Shown here piece after piece: positions 44,017-53,064 of a stretch of 64,000 nt of DNA. Position 1 is the stretch's first letter. Each line of letters begins with the position of its first letter. The DNA is from Chitinophaga pinensis (lineage in GTDB: Bacteria; Pseudomonadota; Gammaproteobacteria; Burkholderiales; Burkholderiaceae_C). The position numbers were made by a program, and so were the translations under genes. The notes below the pieces were generated by a model. That model had not been told where the DNA came from, did no database searches, and saw only the letters and a list, made by a program, of their open reading frames with translations. Location: positions 38,389 to 102,388 of the forward strand of contig CALRRO020000007.1 in the NCBI GenBank assembly GCA_943370595.1. Reading direction: 5' to 3'.

Positions 44017-45444
44017 ATGCGCCACGCAGACACCGACTACCTGATCATCGGCGCAGGCGCCACGGGGCTCGCGTTCGCCGACACCTTGATCGCCGAGACC
44101 GACGCGCACGTCACGGTGGTCGATCGCCACGGCAAGCCAGGCGGGCACTGGAACGATGCCTACGCCTTCGTCACGCTGCACCAGCCGTCGTCCTTTTACG
44201 GCGTGGCGTCGATGGAACTGGGCAGCGGGCTGAAGGATCCCGTCGGCCTGAACCGCGGCATGGCCGAGCTGGCCAGCGGCCCCGAGGTCAGCGGCTACTT
44301 CGATCGGGTGATGAACCACCGGCTGCTGGCCAGCGGCCGCGTGAGCTACCACCCGATGAGCAACTACCTCGGCGATGCGGATGGCGGCGGCGAGTTCGAG
44401 TCCCTGCTGTCGGGTGAGCGCACGCGGATCACCGTGCGCCGCAAGATCGTCGATGCCACCTGGTTCAGCCCTGCCGTGCCCTCCACGCACACGCCGGCCT
44501 TTGCGGTGGGCGCGGGCGTTAGCGTCGTTCCCCCCAATGCCCTGCCGGGGTTGTGGCAGCGGGCGCAAGGCGGGTCGAAACCGCGGCACTTCGTGGTGCT
44601 CGGCGCCGGCAAGACGGCGATGGACACCTGCATCTGGCTGCTGCAGGCCGGTACCCCGGCCGACGCGATCACCTGGGTCATGCCGCGCGACTCATGGGTC
44701 GTCAACCGCCTGAGCACGCAGAACGGGCCGGAGTTCTTCCAGGAGGCGATCGGCAGCCAGGCCGACCAGATGCAGGCCTTCGCCGAGGCCCGCTCGATCG
44801 ATGACCTGTACCTGCGGCTCGAAGCCTGCGGTGCGCTGTTGCGCATCGACCGCGCGCGCATGCCGACGATGTTCCACCTGGCGACCTTGTCGGAGGCCGA
44901 GGTGGAGGTGCTGCGCCGCATCCGCGACGTTGTGCGACAGGGCCGCGTCACGTCGATCGACGTCGGCGGGATGGAGCTGGAACAAGGTCGCGTGGCCGTC
45001 GAGGCCGGTGCGCTGTTCATCGATTGCACCGCCTCGGCCGTGCACTTCAAGGCGCCGACGCCGGTGTTCCAGGGCCACCGGATCGTGGTGCAGCTGCTGC
45101 GCGCGCCGCTGATCTCCTTCAGCGCCGCGCTCACGGCCTACGTGGAAGCACGCTACGCCGACGAGGCACACAAGAACCGGCTGTGCCAGCCGGTACCGTT
45201 CCCGCGCACCACCGCCGACTATGCGCGCACGGTGGCGGTCAACATGAGCAACCAGTTCCAGTGGGCCCAGGACAGCGCGCTGCGCCAGTGGATGCGGCAG
45301 TGCCGACTCGATGCCTTCGGTCGCCTGGCCGGCGGCGTGGACAAGGCCGATACCGAGAAGCAAGCTCTGCTCGTGCGCCTGAAGACACAGGCCCAGGCGG
45401 CGATGGCCAACATGCCGCGATTGCTGGCCGCCGACCCGGGGTGA
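44017..45444 (+). CDS. FAD/NAD(P)-binding oxidoreductase
   Basis: IGAGATG, PGGHWNDAY, VLGAGKTAMD. Confidence 0.85.
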   Translation: MRHADTDYLIIGAGATGLAFADTLIAETDAHVTVVDRHGKPGGHWNDAYAFVTLHQPSSFYGVASMELGSGLKDPVGLNRGMAELASGPEVSGYFDRVMNHRLLASGRVSYHPMSNYLGDADGGGEFESLLSGERTRITVRRKIVDATWFSPAVPSTHTPAFAVGAGVSVVPPNALPGLWQRAQGGSKPRHFVVLGAGKTAMDTCIWLLQAGTPADAITWVMPRDSWVVNRLSTQNGPEFFQEAIGSQADQMQAFAEARSIDDLYLRLEACGALLRIDRARMPTMFHLATLSEAEVEVLRRIRDVVRQGRVTSIDVGGMELEQGRVAVEAGALFIDCTASAVHFKAPTPVFQGHRIVVQLLRAPLISFSAALTAYVEARYADEAHKNRLCQPVPFPRTTADYARTVAVNMSNQFQWAQDSALRQWMRQCRLDAFGRLAGGVDKADTEKQALLVRLKTQAQAAMANMPRLLAADPG

Positions 45445-45817
45445 CCGGGCTCTCCGATCGGTCGATCGACCACGCGCTCCGTCATGCGCGGGGCTCATCC
45501 GGTCGCAGTCGCAGGGCGCCGAAGCAGCTGCTTTGGCGCGAGCGCCGGCAAGGACATGGCGACGCCTGCGCCACCCAGTCTGTGCAGGTCTCGCACAAGT
45601 TGCTGCGACTGGCCTGCTGCCGCGCCAAGGTTCTTGCAGTCGCAGCGCAGTCACCCATTGAGACCAGCCTGCTACACAGCGGACGTTCGGCAGCACCAGC
45701 AATCGACCGAATCCGGCCGCTCCTGGCTGTCCGTTACCCGGTGGCACGTATCTACACACCGCTTGGAAGAGAACTTGTTGTTGGTTCCCGAGTAGGGCAA
45801 GAGCTCACGGGTCACGT

Positions 45818-46771
45818 TCACCGATCGTGATGCACGTGTTGTGCCGCCTGCAGGCGCACGACTTCGCGCGCCACCACGTCGTGTACCGCGTTGCGCAGCC
45901 AGCGGCTCGCTGGTTCTTCATGGGCACGCCGGTGCCAATGCTGCATGACCTTGAAGCGCCGCTGCAAGACCGGCAGTGCGAACACCTTCAGCCTCGTACC
46001 TAGCGGATGCAGACCGACCAGCGTGGCCGGAACGGCTGCCACCACGTCGGTGGACGCTACCAGGGACGGTACCGAAAGAAAGTCCGGCACTCTCGTCACG
46101 ACGCGCCGCTCCGGCGAGAGAGCCTCCAGTGCGGCCTCGATGCGGCTCAGCGCAGGGCCGCGAGGCGCCACTGCGCAGTGCATGCAGCGCAGGTAGCCGG
46201 CGAGCGTGTCGAGCTGGGCACTCAGCGGATGCCCGACGCGTGCGATTCCCACGTACTGCTCATCGAGCAGTTGCTGACGCACCAGCGTGGCATGTGTCTT
46301 CCACGGTGTGCCGATCACCAGGTCCAGCCGCCCGGCTTCCAGCTCCGCCCAGACATCGTGTCCATCCACCCGAACGACATCGATCTCCACCTTGAGGCGG
46401 GCCTCGTCGATGAGCCGCAGTAACCCAGGCAGGATCAGCAACTCGGCCAGATCCAGCATGTGCACGCGAAACCGCTGGGGCACGCGCTCCGGTTCGAAGT
46501 CGATGGAGAGGCCCTGCAGGCGGTCGAAGTCGAGCAGCAGTCGCGTGGCCTCCTCGGCCAGCCGCGTCCCCAGGGCCGTGGGTACAAGGTGACGTCCTGA
46601 ACGCACGAACAACGCATCGCTGTAGTGCTTGCGCAGTTGGTCGAGCGCATGGCTCAGCGTCGATTGCGACTTTCCCAGGCTCGCGGCTGCGGCCGTCACG
46701 GTGCCCATGCGCGCCAGTTCCCGCACCACCCGCATCAGGCCGACATCGATCTCCCGACTTGCCCGTGACAT
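45818..46771 (-). CDS. LysR family regulator
   Basis: AA.SLG.SQS.LSHAL..LR....D.LF.R; substrate-binding domain of NahR/DntR type. Confidence 0.9.
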   Translation of the reverse strand: MSRASREIDVGLMRVVRELARMGTVTAAAASLGKSQSTLSHALDQLRKHYSDALFVRSGRHLVPTALGTRLAEEATRLLLDFDRLQGLSIDFEPERVPQRFRVHMLDLAELLILPGLLRLIDEARLKVEIDVVRVDGHDVWAELEAGRLDLVIGTPWKTHATLVRQQLLDEQYVGIARVGHPLSAQLDTLAGYLRCMHCAVAPRGPALSRIEAALEALSPERRVVTRVPDFLSVPSLVASTDVVAAVPATLVGLHPLGTRLKVFALPVLQRRFKVMQHWHRRAHEEPASRWLRNAVHDVVAREVVRLQAAQHVHHDR

Positions 46772-46783
46772 GCACCTTTCCTT

Positions 46784-46804
46784 TCCATCGACTGGATCGA
46801 TGGA
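46784..46804. promoter_or_regulatory. LysR operator in the divergent promoter
   Basis: TCCATCGA-ctgga-TCGATGGA palindrome with an ATCG-N7-CGAT core. Confidence 0.7.
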
Positions 46805-46883
46805 TGGTATGGCATCGATCGCTGCACCGGAGCCGGGACCGCTCCTACGATCCGCGGCAAACAAGTCGAGGCAGGAGACAAGC

Positions 46884-47855
46884 ATGAAACGACGCTCGCT
46901 GGTGCTGGGCGTGCCGCTGTCTGCCGGCATGGGGTTCTCTGCCATGGCGCAGGGCACGGGGACGGCCGCAGTGGGCCCGATCCGGATCGTCGTTCCCTAC
47001 CCCGCCGGCGGCCCGGTGGATGCCGCTGCTCGGGAACTGGCGCGCGGCATGGGTGCCCAGATGGGCACGACAGTAATCGTCGACAACAAGCCTGGGGCCG
47101 GCAGCACGCTCGGCGCTGCCGACGTGGCAAGGTCCAGCCCCGACGGCCAGACGCTGTTGTTCTCGCTGCCCGACTCGTTCCTGTACGTCCCACAGCTCTA
47201 CAAGCGTCTGCCTTACGACCCCGCCAAGGACCTGGCCCCGGTCACGCAGGTGGCACTGACGCAGCCGGTGATGGTGCTGCGCACCGACGCCGCCGTCGCC
47301 TCGCTTCGCGATCTGGGCAAGGCCGGCGCCGGCCTGGCTTTCGGTACCTGGGGACAAGGCACCTACCCTCACCTGATAGCGGCTGCCCTCGCCCGCTCGA
47401 CGGGCGCGGACCTCAACATCATTGCCTACAAGGGCGGCGCCCCGGCGGTGCAGGACTTCATGGGCGGCCACATCCAGATGACCATTGCCGGCATCCCGCA
47501 GGCCCTGGACATGCAGGCCAAGGGCATGGCCCGGATCGTGGCCGTGGCGGGCACCGAGCGATCCAGACTCGTGCCCGACGTGCCCACCTTCGTCGAACTG
47601 GGTTTCAGCGAGCCGACCTTCACGCTCCCACTCTGGGTAGCCCTGGCAGCACCTGCAGGGACGCCCGCGGCCGCGATCGAACGCTTGAACGAATCCGCCT
47701 CGGCCACCGTGCGCTCGCCTCAGATGCAGCTCTTCCTGCGGGGTTTCGGGTGGAGCGCAATGGGCAACAGCGCGGCCGAGTTCGGCGCCGCACTCAAGCG
47801 CGAGGCTCCCATCGTGGCGGCCGCGATGCGCGCAGCCGGCGTGCAACCCGAGTGA
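46884..47855 (+). CDS. Bug/TctC periplasmic binding protein
   Basis: IRIVVPYPAGG..D..AR, DNKPGAG, YKGGAPA. Confidence 0.92.
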   Translation: MKRRSLVLGVPLSAGMGFSAMAQGTGTAAVGPIRIVVPYPAGGPVDAAARELARGMGAQMGTTVIVDNKPGAGSTLGAADVARSSPDGQTLLFSLPDSFLYVPQLYKRLPYDPAKDLAPVTQVALTQPVMVLRTDAAVASLRDLGKAGAGLAFGTWGQGTYPHLIAAALARSTGADLNIIAYKGGAPAVQDFMGGHIQMTIAGIPQALDMQAKGMARIVAVAGTERSRLVPDVPTFVELGFSEPTFTLPLWVALAAPAGTPAAAIERLNESASATVRSPQMQLFLRGFGWSAMGNSAAEFGAALKREAPIVAAAMRAAGVQPE

Positions 47856-48844
47856 GCGCTACCACGACGGCTGCCGTCGAGGAGCGCTGGATCGGCAGCA
47901 GCCACGATCCGCGGGCGCGGATCTTCGTGCGCGCACGCGGGCAACGAGGCGAAACGCCGCTGGTGCTGGTACACGGCTTCTTCCAGCCAGCCTCTGCGAT
48001 CCTGGACGTTCCGGGCTGGTCCCTTCAGGACTCGCTCGCGGCGACCGGCCGGCGAGTGGTGCTGTTCGATCTGCGCGGCTACGGCCGCTCGTCGCGGCCC
48101 GACTTCATGGATCGACCGCCCGAGCAGAGTTCGCCCGCGCTGGGTTGCCTGGCCGACGCGATGGCGGACATGGAAGACGTTGTTCAGCACGTCTGTGAAA
48201 CTGAAGGCTGCGCACAGGTCGACTTGCTCGGCTACTCATGGGGAACGGCCCGCAGTGCCGCATACGCGCTGGCCCACCCCCGACGCGTGCGGCGACTGGT
48301 GCTGTACGCGCCGGTCTGGCGCCCGCGCAGCGGCGCCGCGGCCGAGGCAGCCGCGCGCGGGGATTCCGAAAGCCTCGATCGACGACTGGGTGGCTACCGC
48401 ACGTTTGGTCCCGGCGACTTGTCCCGCCAGTGGGGCGGAGAGTTCGGGCCACAAGACCCTCGAACGTTCAGAGATCCACGGGTTGTGGATGCGGCCGAAC
48501 AGGCCCTGTTCGCATCGGACTCTGCGCTGGGTGGGCAGGGCTACCGGGCGCCGCTGGGCCCCATGCTCGATGCGTTGGGCGTCGCCCGAGGCCGGCCACT
48601 GTTCGATGCTGCCGCTTTGCAGGGCAGTGTCCTGCTGGTTCGGGGGGATTGCGACAGGCTTTCCGTCGCCGACGATGCAGCCGGGTTGTTCGCGCAGATG
48701 CAAGCGCCTGACCGGCGCCTCGTGACCATCGCCCGCGGTACGCATCTGCTGCATCTGGAGCATGCGCGCTGGCAACTGATCGACGAAATCGTCGGATTTC
48801 TCGGTAGGTCGCGCCTGCCCGTGCCGCGGGCCATCACAGGATGA
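47852..48844 (+). CDS. Alpha/beta hydrolase
   Basis: VHG, DLRGYGRS, GYSWG nucleophile, GD.D, GTH. Confidence 0.88.
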   Translation: MSATTTAAVEERWIGSSHDPRARIFVRARGQRGETPLVLVHGFFQPASAILDVPGWSLQDSLAATGRRVVLFDLRGYGRSSRPDFMDRPPEQSSPALGCLADAMADMEDVVQHVCETEGCAQVDLLGYSWGTARSAAYALAHPRRVRRLVLYAPVWRPRSGAAAEAAARGDSESLDRRLGGYRTFGPGDLSRQWGGEFGPQDPRTFRDPRVVDAAEQALFASDSALGGQGYRAPLGPMLDALGVARGRPLFDAAALQGSVLLVRGDCDRLSVADDAAGLFAQMQAPDRRLVTIARGTHLLHLEHARWQLIDEIVGFLGRSRLPVPRAITG

Positions 48845-48976
48845 ACACAGCAGCGGCCGCCGCCTCAACTTTTCGAGCAGGCCAAGGACGCTGGCGCGCA
48901 TCGGTTCGCATTCCACGTGCATGGGGACGGCGTGTTCCACATGCGCGAGAAGACCTTTCGCTGACTGGAGACCACG

Positions 48977-50125
48977 ATGAAAGCACACCGTACACCGTCT
49001 TGCCGGATCACGCGACGCGCCGGCCTGCAACTGATCGCTGGCGCCGCGGCGAACGTGGCACTGCCCGGCCGTTCCCAGCCCCGTGCCGTCCGCATCGGGA
49101 CGACCTTCGACAACAGCGGCCCGGAGCGCGCCAACGGCTCCGCCAACTTCAAAGGCGCGCAGGCCTACTTCAACGCTGTCAACAAGGCGGGCGGCATCCA
49201 CGGAGCCAAGATCGAACTGGTGCCGCTCGACGACCAGTTCAAGCCCGAGCTTGCGAAGTCCAATGCGCAGACCTTGTCCAGTGATCGCTCGGTCATCGCC
49301 TTGCTGACGCCGCTTGGAACGAGGCAGACCGCCGCGATCATGGAATCGGTCAGGGACCTGGCCATCGTCGGGCCGGTCACCGGAACCGCGGCGCTGCGAA
49401 AGTCCAGTCCGCCGAACCTCTTCTGGGTGCGGGCCAGCTACGACCAGGAGGTCGATCGATTGATCCGAACGGCCACGACGCTGGGCATGGCCCGGATCGG
49501 CATCGTGCATCCGAAGGATCCTCTGGGCCAGTCCGTGCTGGCGGCATTCATCAAGTCGATGACCGCCGCCAAGCTCGAGCCCGCGATCATCGCCACGACG
49601 CCAGGAACGACCAGCACCGAGGTCGGTCCCGCTGTGGAGGCCGTCGCCAAGGCCCGACCTCAGATGGTGGTCATGGTTGCCGCGGGAGCCATGCCGGCGC
49701 TGGTGCGTGGCCTGCGTGGCGCCGGCGTCGCGAGCTCGATGTACGGGCTGTCCATTGGCGCCAGCGCGGCAAACATCGGAGAGCTCGGTTCGATGGGGCG
49801 GGGCATTGGTTTCGCCATCGTGGTCCCGCCACCGAATGCACCGAAATACGACATCGTGCGCCGCTATCAGGCAGACATGCGCGCCAGTGGAGCGGATCAA
49901 TTCTCGCTGCCGTCGCTGGAGGGCTACGTCAACGCGCGCATCATGGGAGAAGGTCTGCGCCGTGCCGGGCCGAGTGCGACCCGCGAAGGAATGATCGCCG
50001 CTCTCGAGAGGATCGAGGCGTTCGATATCGGTGGCATGCAGATTGGCTACGGTGCAGGCAACCGGGTAGGCGGGACGTTCGTCGATGTGGCAGTGCTTGG
50101 ACAAGATGGACGACTGATCGCTTGA
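48977..50125 (+). CDS. LivJ-like (class I) periplasmic binding protein
   Basis: N.AGGIHG.KIELV.LDDQ, SLEGYVNA. Confidence 0.88.
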   Translation: MKAHRTPSCRITRRAGLQLIAGAAANVALPGRSQPRAVRIGTTFDNSGPERANGSANFKGAQAYFNAVNKAGGIHGAKIELVPLDDQFKPELAKSNAQTLSSDRSVIALLTPLGTRQTAAIMESVRDLAIVGPVTGTAALRKSSPPNLFWVRASYDQEVDRLIRTATTLGMARIGIVHPKDPLGQSVLAAFIKSMTAAKLEPAIIATTPGTTSTEVGPAVEAVAKARPQMVVMVAAGAMPALVRGLRGAGVASSMYGLSIGASAANIGELGSMGRGIGFAIVVPPPNAPKYDIVRRYQADMRASGADQFSLPSLEGYVNARIMGEGLRRAGPSATREGMIAALERIEAFDIGGMQIGYGAGNRVGGTFVDVAVLGQDGRLIA

Positions 50126-50349
50126 GCTCTGACACGGCGTCGAGGCCAGACCGTGCAACTCACGGGCTCGATCGGCTGCTTGTGGTGGTCGAGCTTCTGG
50201 CTGCGAACGGCTGCGGTGGTTCGACTCGAGCTACTCGTGGTCGGCGACAGCAGTCACTCGAAGTGGCACAACCGCGATTTCAGGTCCCGGCCAATAGCGG
50301 AACTGGAGCGGCTGGCCGCTGAGCAGACAGTCGACACTCGGGCGGTGCG

Positions 50350-52032
50350 CTATGCCATAAGTCGCTCGACGAACTTGCGTGCCGGTTCGAGTTCTGGATC
50401 GCCCTTCAGATCCTTCTTCAATGCCTCGTTGACCCACTTCGGCCCGTGATTGCCGACGCTTCGCGCAAAGCCTTCGACTTCGCCGACCTCCACGACATGA
50501 ACCCCAAAGCTACGCAGCGTCGTCATGAGTCGCTCAAACGCTTGAGTCGCCTGGCCAGGGGGAACGAATGGCTTGCCGACCTCTTTGGCCGTCGCCCACG
50601 GCGACGCGCGCTTGAACATCTTCTGAATCGCATCCTTAGCTTCCTTGGGAAAGGCTACTGATTTGATACCTGCCAACACCTTGTTGACGCCCTCCCTGAC
50701 TTCCTCCGCAGTGAGTTCCGGCTTTTTCGACTCGATTGCTGATCTGACCTGATTCCAATCCGCAACGACAGCACTCCAATCGCCACCTGTTGCTTCGACG
50801 ATGTCTCTAAGGGGGCGCTCTGCGTTCAACACATCGAAGTCGACAACAACTGCAATCGGAACGTCGACCTCGCGGAGCGCACGAATGACCAAGGCACATC
50901 GATCTTTCCCGCCGCAATGGGTAAACATGACGTCCGGCCGCCGCGTGTTCTGATCCTTCGCCTCGACTAGCGAGTCGGTCATCGCCGAATAGAAGCGCGC
51001 GTCAGCATCCCCTTCACAGATGATGACCTTCTCGTGAAACAGTCCATCGAGGATGTTGGAGTAGCGAAGCAATGGGTCATTCCATAGTTCGGCAACCTTT
51101 GCATTCTCGAGTTGGCGAACGTGATTGACGCTACCAATCCTCCGCAAGCGAACCACGCGAACTGCCGAGCCGCCTGCGTCTAGTACGCCCCGCAGGATGT
51201 CACCGCTGTGTGTTGCGACAAACATCTGCCTTGCTTCTGGCTTGTCCGCGACGAGCATCCGGCCCAACTGTCTTGCCTGCGGGGGGTGCAGGAAGGCTTC
51301 GGGCTCATCAATCAGAAGGACGCTCTCTCGGCCTACAGAGGTGTGTAAAAGGACGCCGGCAAAGCTACGCATCCCGTCGCCTTGCGTATGAAGCATGGGC
51401 AGTGCTTCGACTTGCTGTATGTACTCGTGGCTGATTCGATCCTTTCCGGCCGCAGGTATGGGGCGCTGACCAACATGGAGCGGCACCTGGTTGCCGGCAA
51501 CGCGGTTCACAACAAGGTCAACGCCGAATGCCCTCTGAAACTGATCGCTCAAACGCTTCTCAAGCTCATCGTCACGCATCAGATAGTGAATCGGATGGCT
51601 TGCAGGCTCTCGAACAATAGCGATGCTCCCAGGCGGATTTGCCGCACCAAGCCTTTCGTCTGCCGTAAGCAGGTGGCAAAAGAAGCGAGCAAGAGCTTGA
51701 AGCGGATTCTGGCCGGACCAGCAGTTGGAGATTTGGCTCTTGTGAACTCCAGTACCGAGCGCCTGAAACACGGGGTCCGGAGCGAACGGATCGCTCTTCC
51801 TTGTGAATGAGTCGAGCCATTCCACCACCTCTTCGGTATCCCCCTCTCGCACGGAAGTCAAGCTAGATACGACGTTGCTGTGAACGTTAGTCGCCAGCTT
51901 GTCCCGGACGGCACGCAGCGTTGCACTCTTGCCCGCGTTGTTGGGCCCTACGACGAGCACTATGTCGTTCTTGGAAAGAGCTACGGTAGATCCGTCGCTA
52001 AACGCCAGTTGCTGAACCCAAAGACGAGGCAT
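50350..52032 (-). CDS. OLD-family ABC ATPase + TOPRIM nuclease
   Basis: GPNNAGKS, QGDGMRS, LLIDEPEAFLHP, ATHS, ICEGDAD, VVDFD. Confidence 0.85.
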   Translation of the reverse strand: MPRLWVQQLAFSDGSTVALSKNDIVLVVGPNNAGKSATLRAVRDKLATNVHSNVVSSLTSVREGDTEEVVEWLDSFTRKSDPFAPDPVFQALGTGVHKSQISNCWSGQNPLQALARFFCHLLTADERLGAANPPGSIAIVREPASHPIHYLMRDDELEKRLSDQFQRAFGVDLVVNRVAGNQVPLHVGQRPIPAAGKDRISHEYIQQVEALPMLHTQGDGMRSFAGVLLHTSVGRESVLLIDEPEAFLHPPQARQLGRMLVADKPEARQMFVATHSGDILRGVLDAGGSAVRVVRLRRIGSVNHVRQLENAKVAELWNDPLLRYSNILDGLFHEKVIICEGDADARFYSAMTDSLVEAKDQNTRRPDVMFTHCGGKDRCALVIRALREVDVPIAVVVDFDVLNAERPLRDIVEATGGDWSAVVADWNQVRSAIESKKPELTAEEVREGVNKVLAGIKSVAFPKEAKDAIQKMFKRASPWATAKEVGKPFVPPGQATQAFERLMTTLRSFGVHVVEVGEVEGFARSVGNHGPKWVNEALKKDLKGDPELEPARKFVERLMA

Positions 52033-52506
52033 CCCATCCCTCCCATAAGCGCGAGCGCTCGATCGTACAAGGCAAGCGGATCGACGCCGGCCGACGAGAC
52101 GTTGCGCGTCGCGTCTACTGCGCCATAGCGGCGCAGGCGAGTTCGAAAGCAAGAGCCAGAGCTGCCAGCCTGGCAGGTCCGACGGGAGGCAAGCCACGCC
52201 CAGAACCACCGTTGGCCTGCGAGATCGCCCACGTCTGCTGTGTCGTAGTGCGACTGACGCCTCTGGGTCGATAGCACGCCGAGGCCAACGAGATTGGCTT
52301 GCCACAAAGCTGCCGTCGCTCGCAGCGCAGCGTGAGGAGCGAGCCCGTGGAGATGGCATGTCTGGAATCACGCCCCACGCAGTCGCAGCCGAACCCTTCG
52401 GCCACGCCGCGTGTGCGGCCAGGTCAGTCGCAGTGACTGGCGCACGGCAGTCGCAATCTTGTGGCGTGAGTCGCAACTTGTTCTGCGCCCCACGGCAGTG
52501 TCGAAA

Positions 52507-52806
52507 CTACCCTCCGCCGCGCTGCGTGTACAGGTCGAAGTAGCGCATGAAGTCCTGGCGCGGCGCCTCGTCCACGCCCTCGAAGTGGAACGAAACCGCC
52601 AGCCGCGGCATGCGCAGCAGCGCGATCTGCCGCGGCGGGAGTTCACGCCAGGCCAGCTCAAGACGACCGGCATCGATCGCCACTTCGGCCGAACGCGGCA
52701 GCAGCGTCAGCGCGCGGCCGTCCACCGCGCCGGGCAGCCACATCAGCAGCTCGGCCTCGGTGCAGCCCATCTCCCGCCGGAAATCGGCCGGGTAGTGCGC
52801 CTGCAT
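52507..52806 (-). CDS. Small AOR-operon protein ending in RGGG
   Basis: 99 aa, last gene of the aor run; C-terminus YTQRGGG. Confidence 0.8.
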   Translation of the reverse strand: MQAHYPADFRREMGCTEAELLMWLPGAVDGRALTLLPRSAEVAIDAGRLELAWRELPPRQIALLRMPRLAVSFHFEGVDEAPRQDFMRYFDLYTQRGGG

Positions 52807-52809
52807 GAA

Positions 52810-53064
52810 TCAGCCGCCCGCAATCGGCGGCCAGATGGCGAGCACGTCGCCATCCTTCAGCACATGGCTCAGGCGCTGATCGGGCGGTACGTAGACGCCG
52901 TTGACGAGCACCAGGTGCACCAGTTTCTCCGGCAGGCCGAAGGGCTCGATCACCTGGGCGATCGGGCTGCCCTCGGGCAGCTCGAGCGCCACGCGGTTGT
53001 CGTAGCGGTGCTCGGCGGGCAGGTACTGCGTCAGGCTGGCGTAGAGCTTGAAGGTAATCTTCAT
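52810..53064 (-). CDS. MoaD/ThiS-like sulfur carrier
   Basis: VLVNG...LKDGD.LAIWPPIAGG. Confidence 0.92.
   Translation of the reverse strand: MKITFKLYASLTQYLPAEHRYDNRVALELPEGSPIAQVIEPFGLPEKLVHLVLVNGVYVPPDQRLSHVLKDGDVLAIWPPIAGG

Larger units (their letters stand above)
45450..52500. mobile_element. Probable horizontally acquired island without a mobility gene
   Basis: More A/T-ending codons than the flanks, strongest at 50.3-52.5 kb; clustered AGTCGCA motifs at both edges; boundaries approximate. Confidence 0.5.

Noticed and set aside
48842-48844. Selenocysteine readthrough of the hydrolase TGA
   Set aside because: The catalytic triad is complete before the stop; no evident SECIS and no catalytic role for that position
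50122-50449. Short ORFs between the SBP and OLD genes, and at 52115-52673
   Set aside because: No start context or recognisable protein character; treated as non-coding island spacers
50350-52500. Gabija or retron system
   Set aside because: No UvrD helicase, reverse transcriptase or msr/msd recognisable next to the OLD gene
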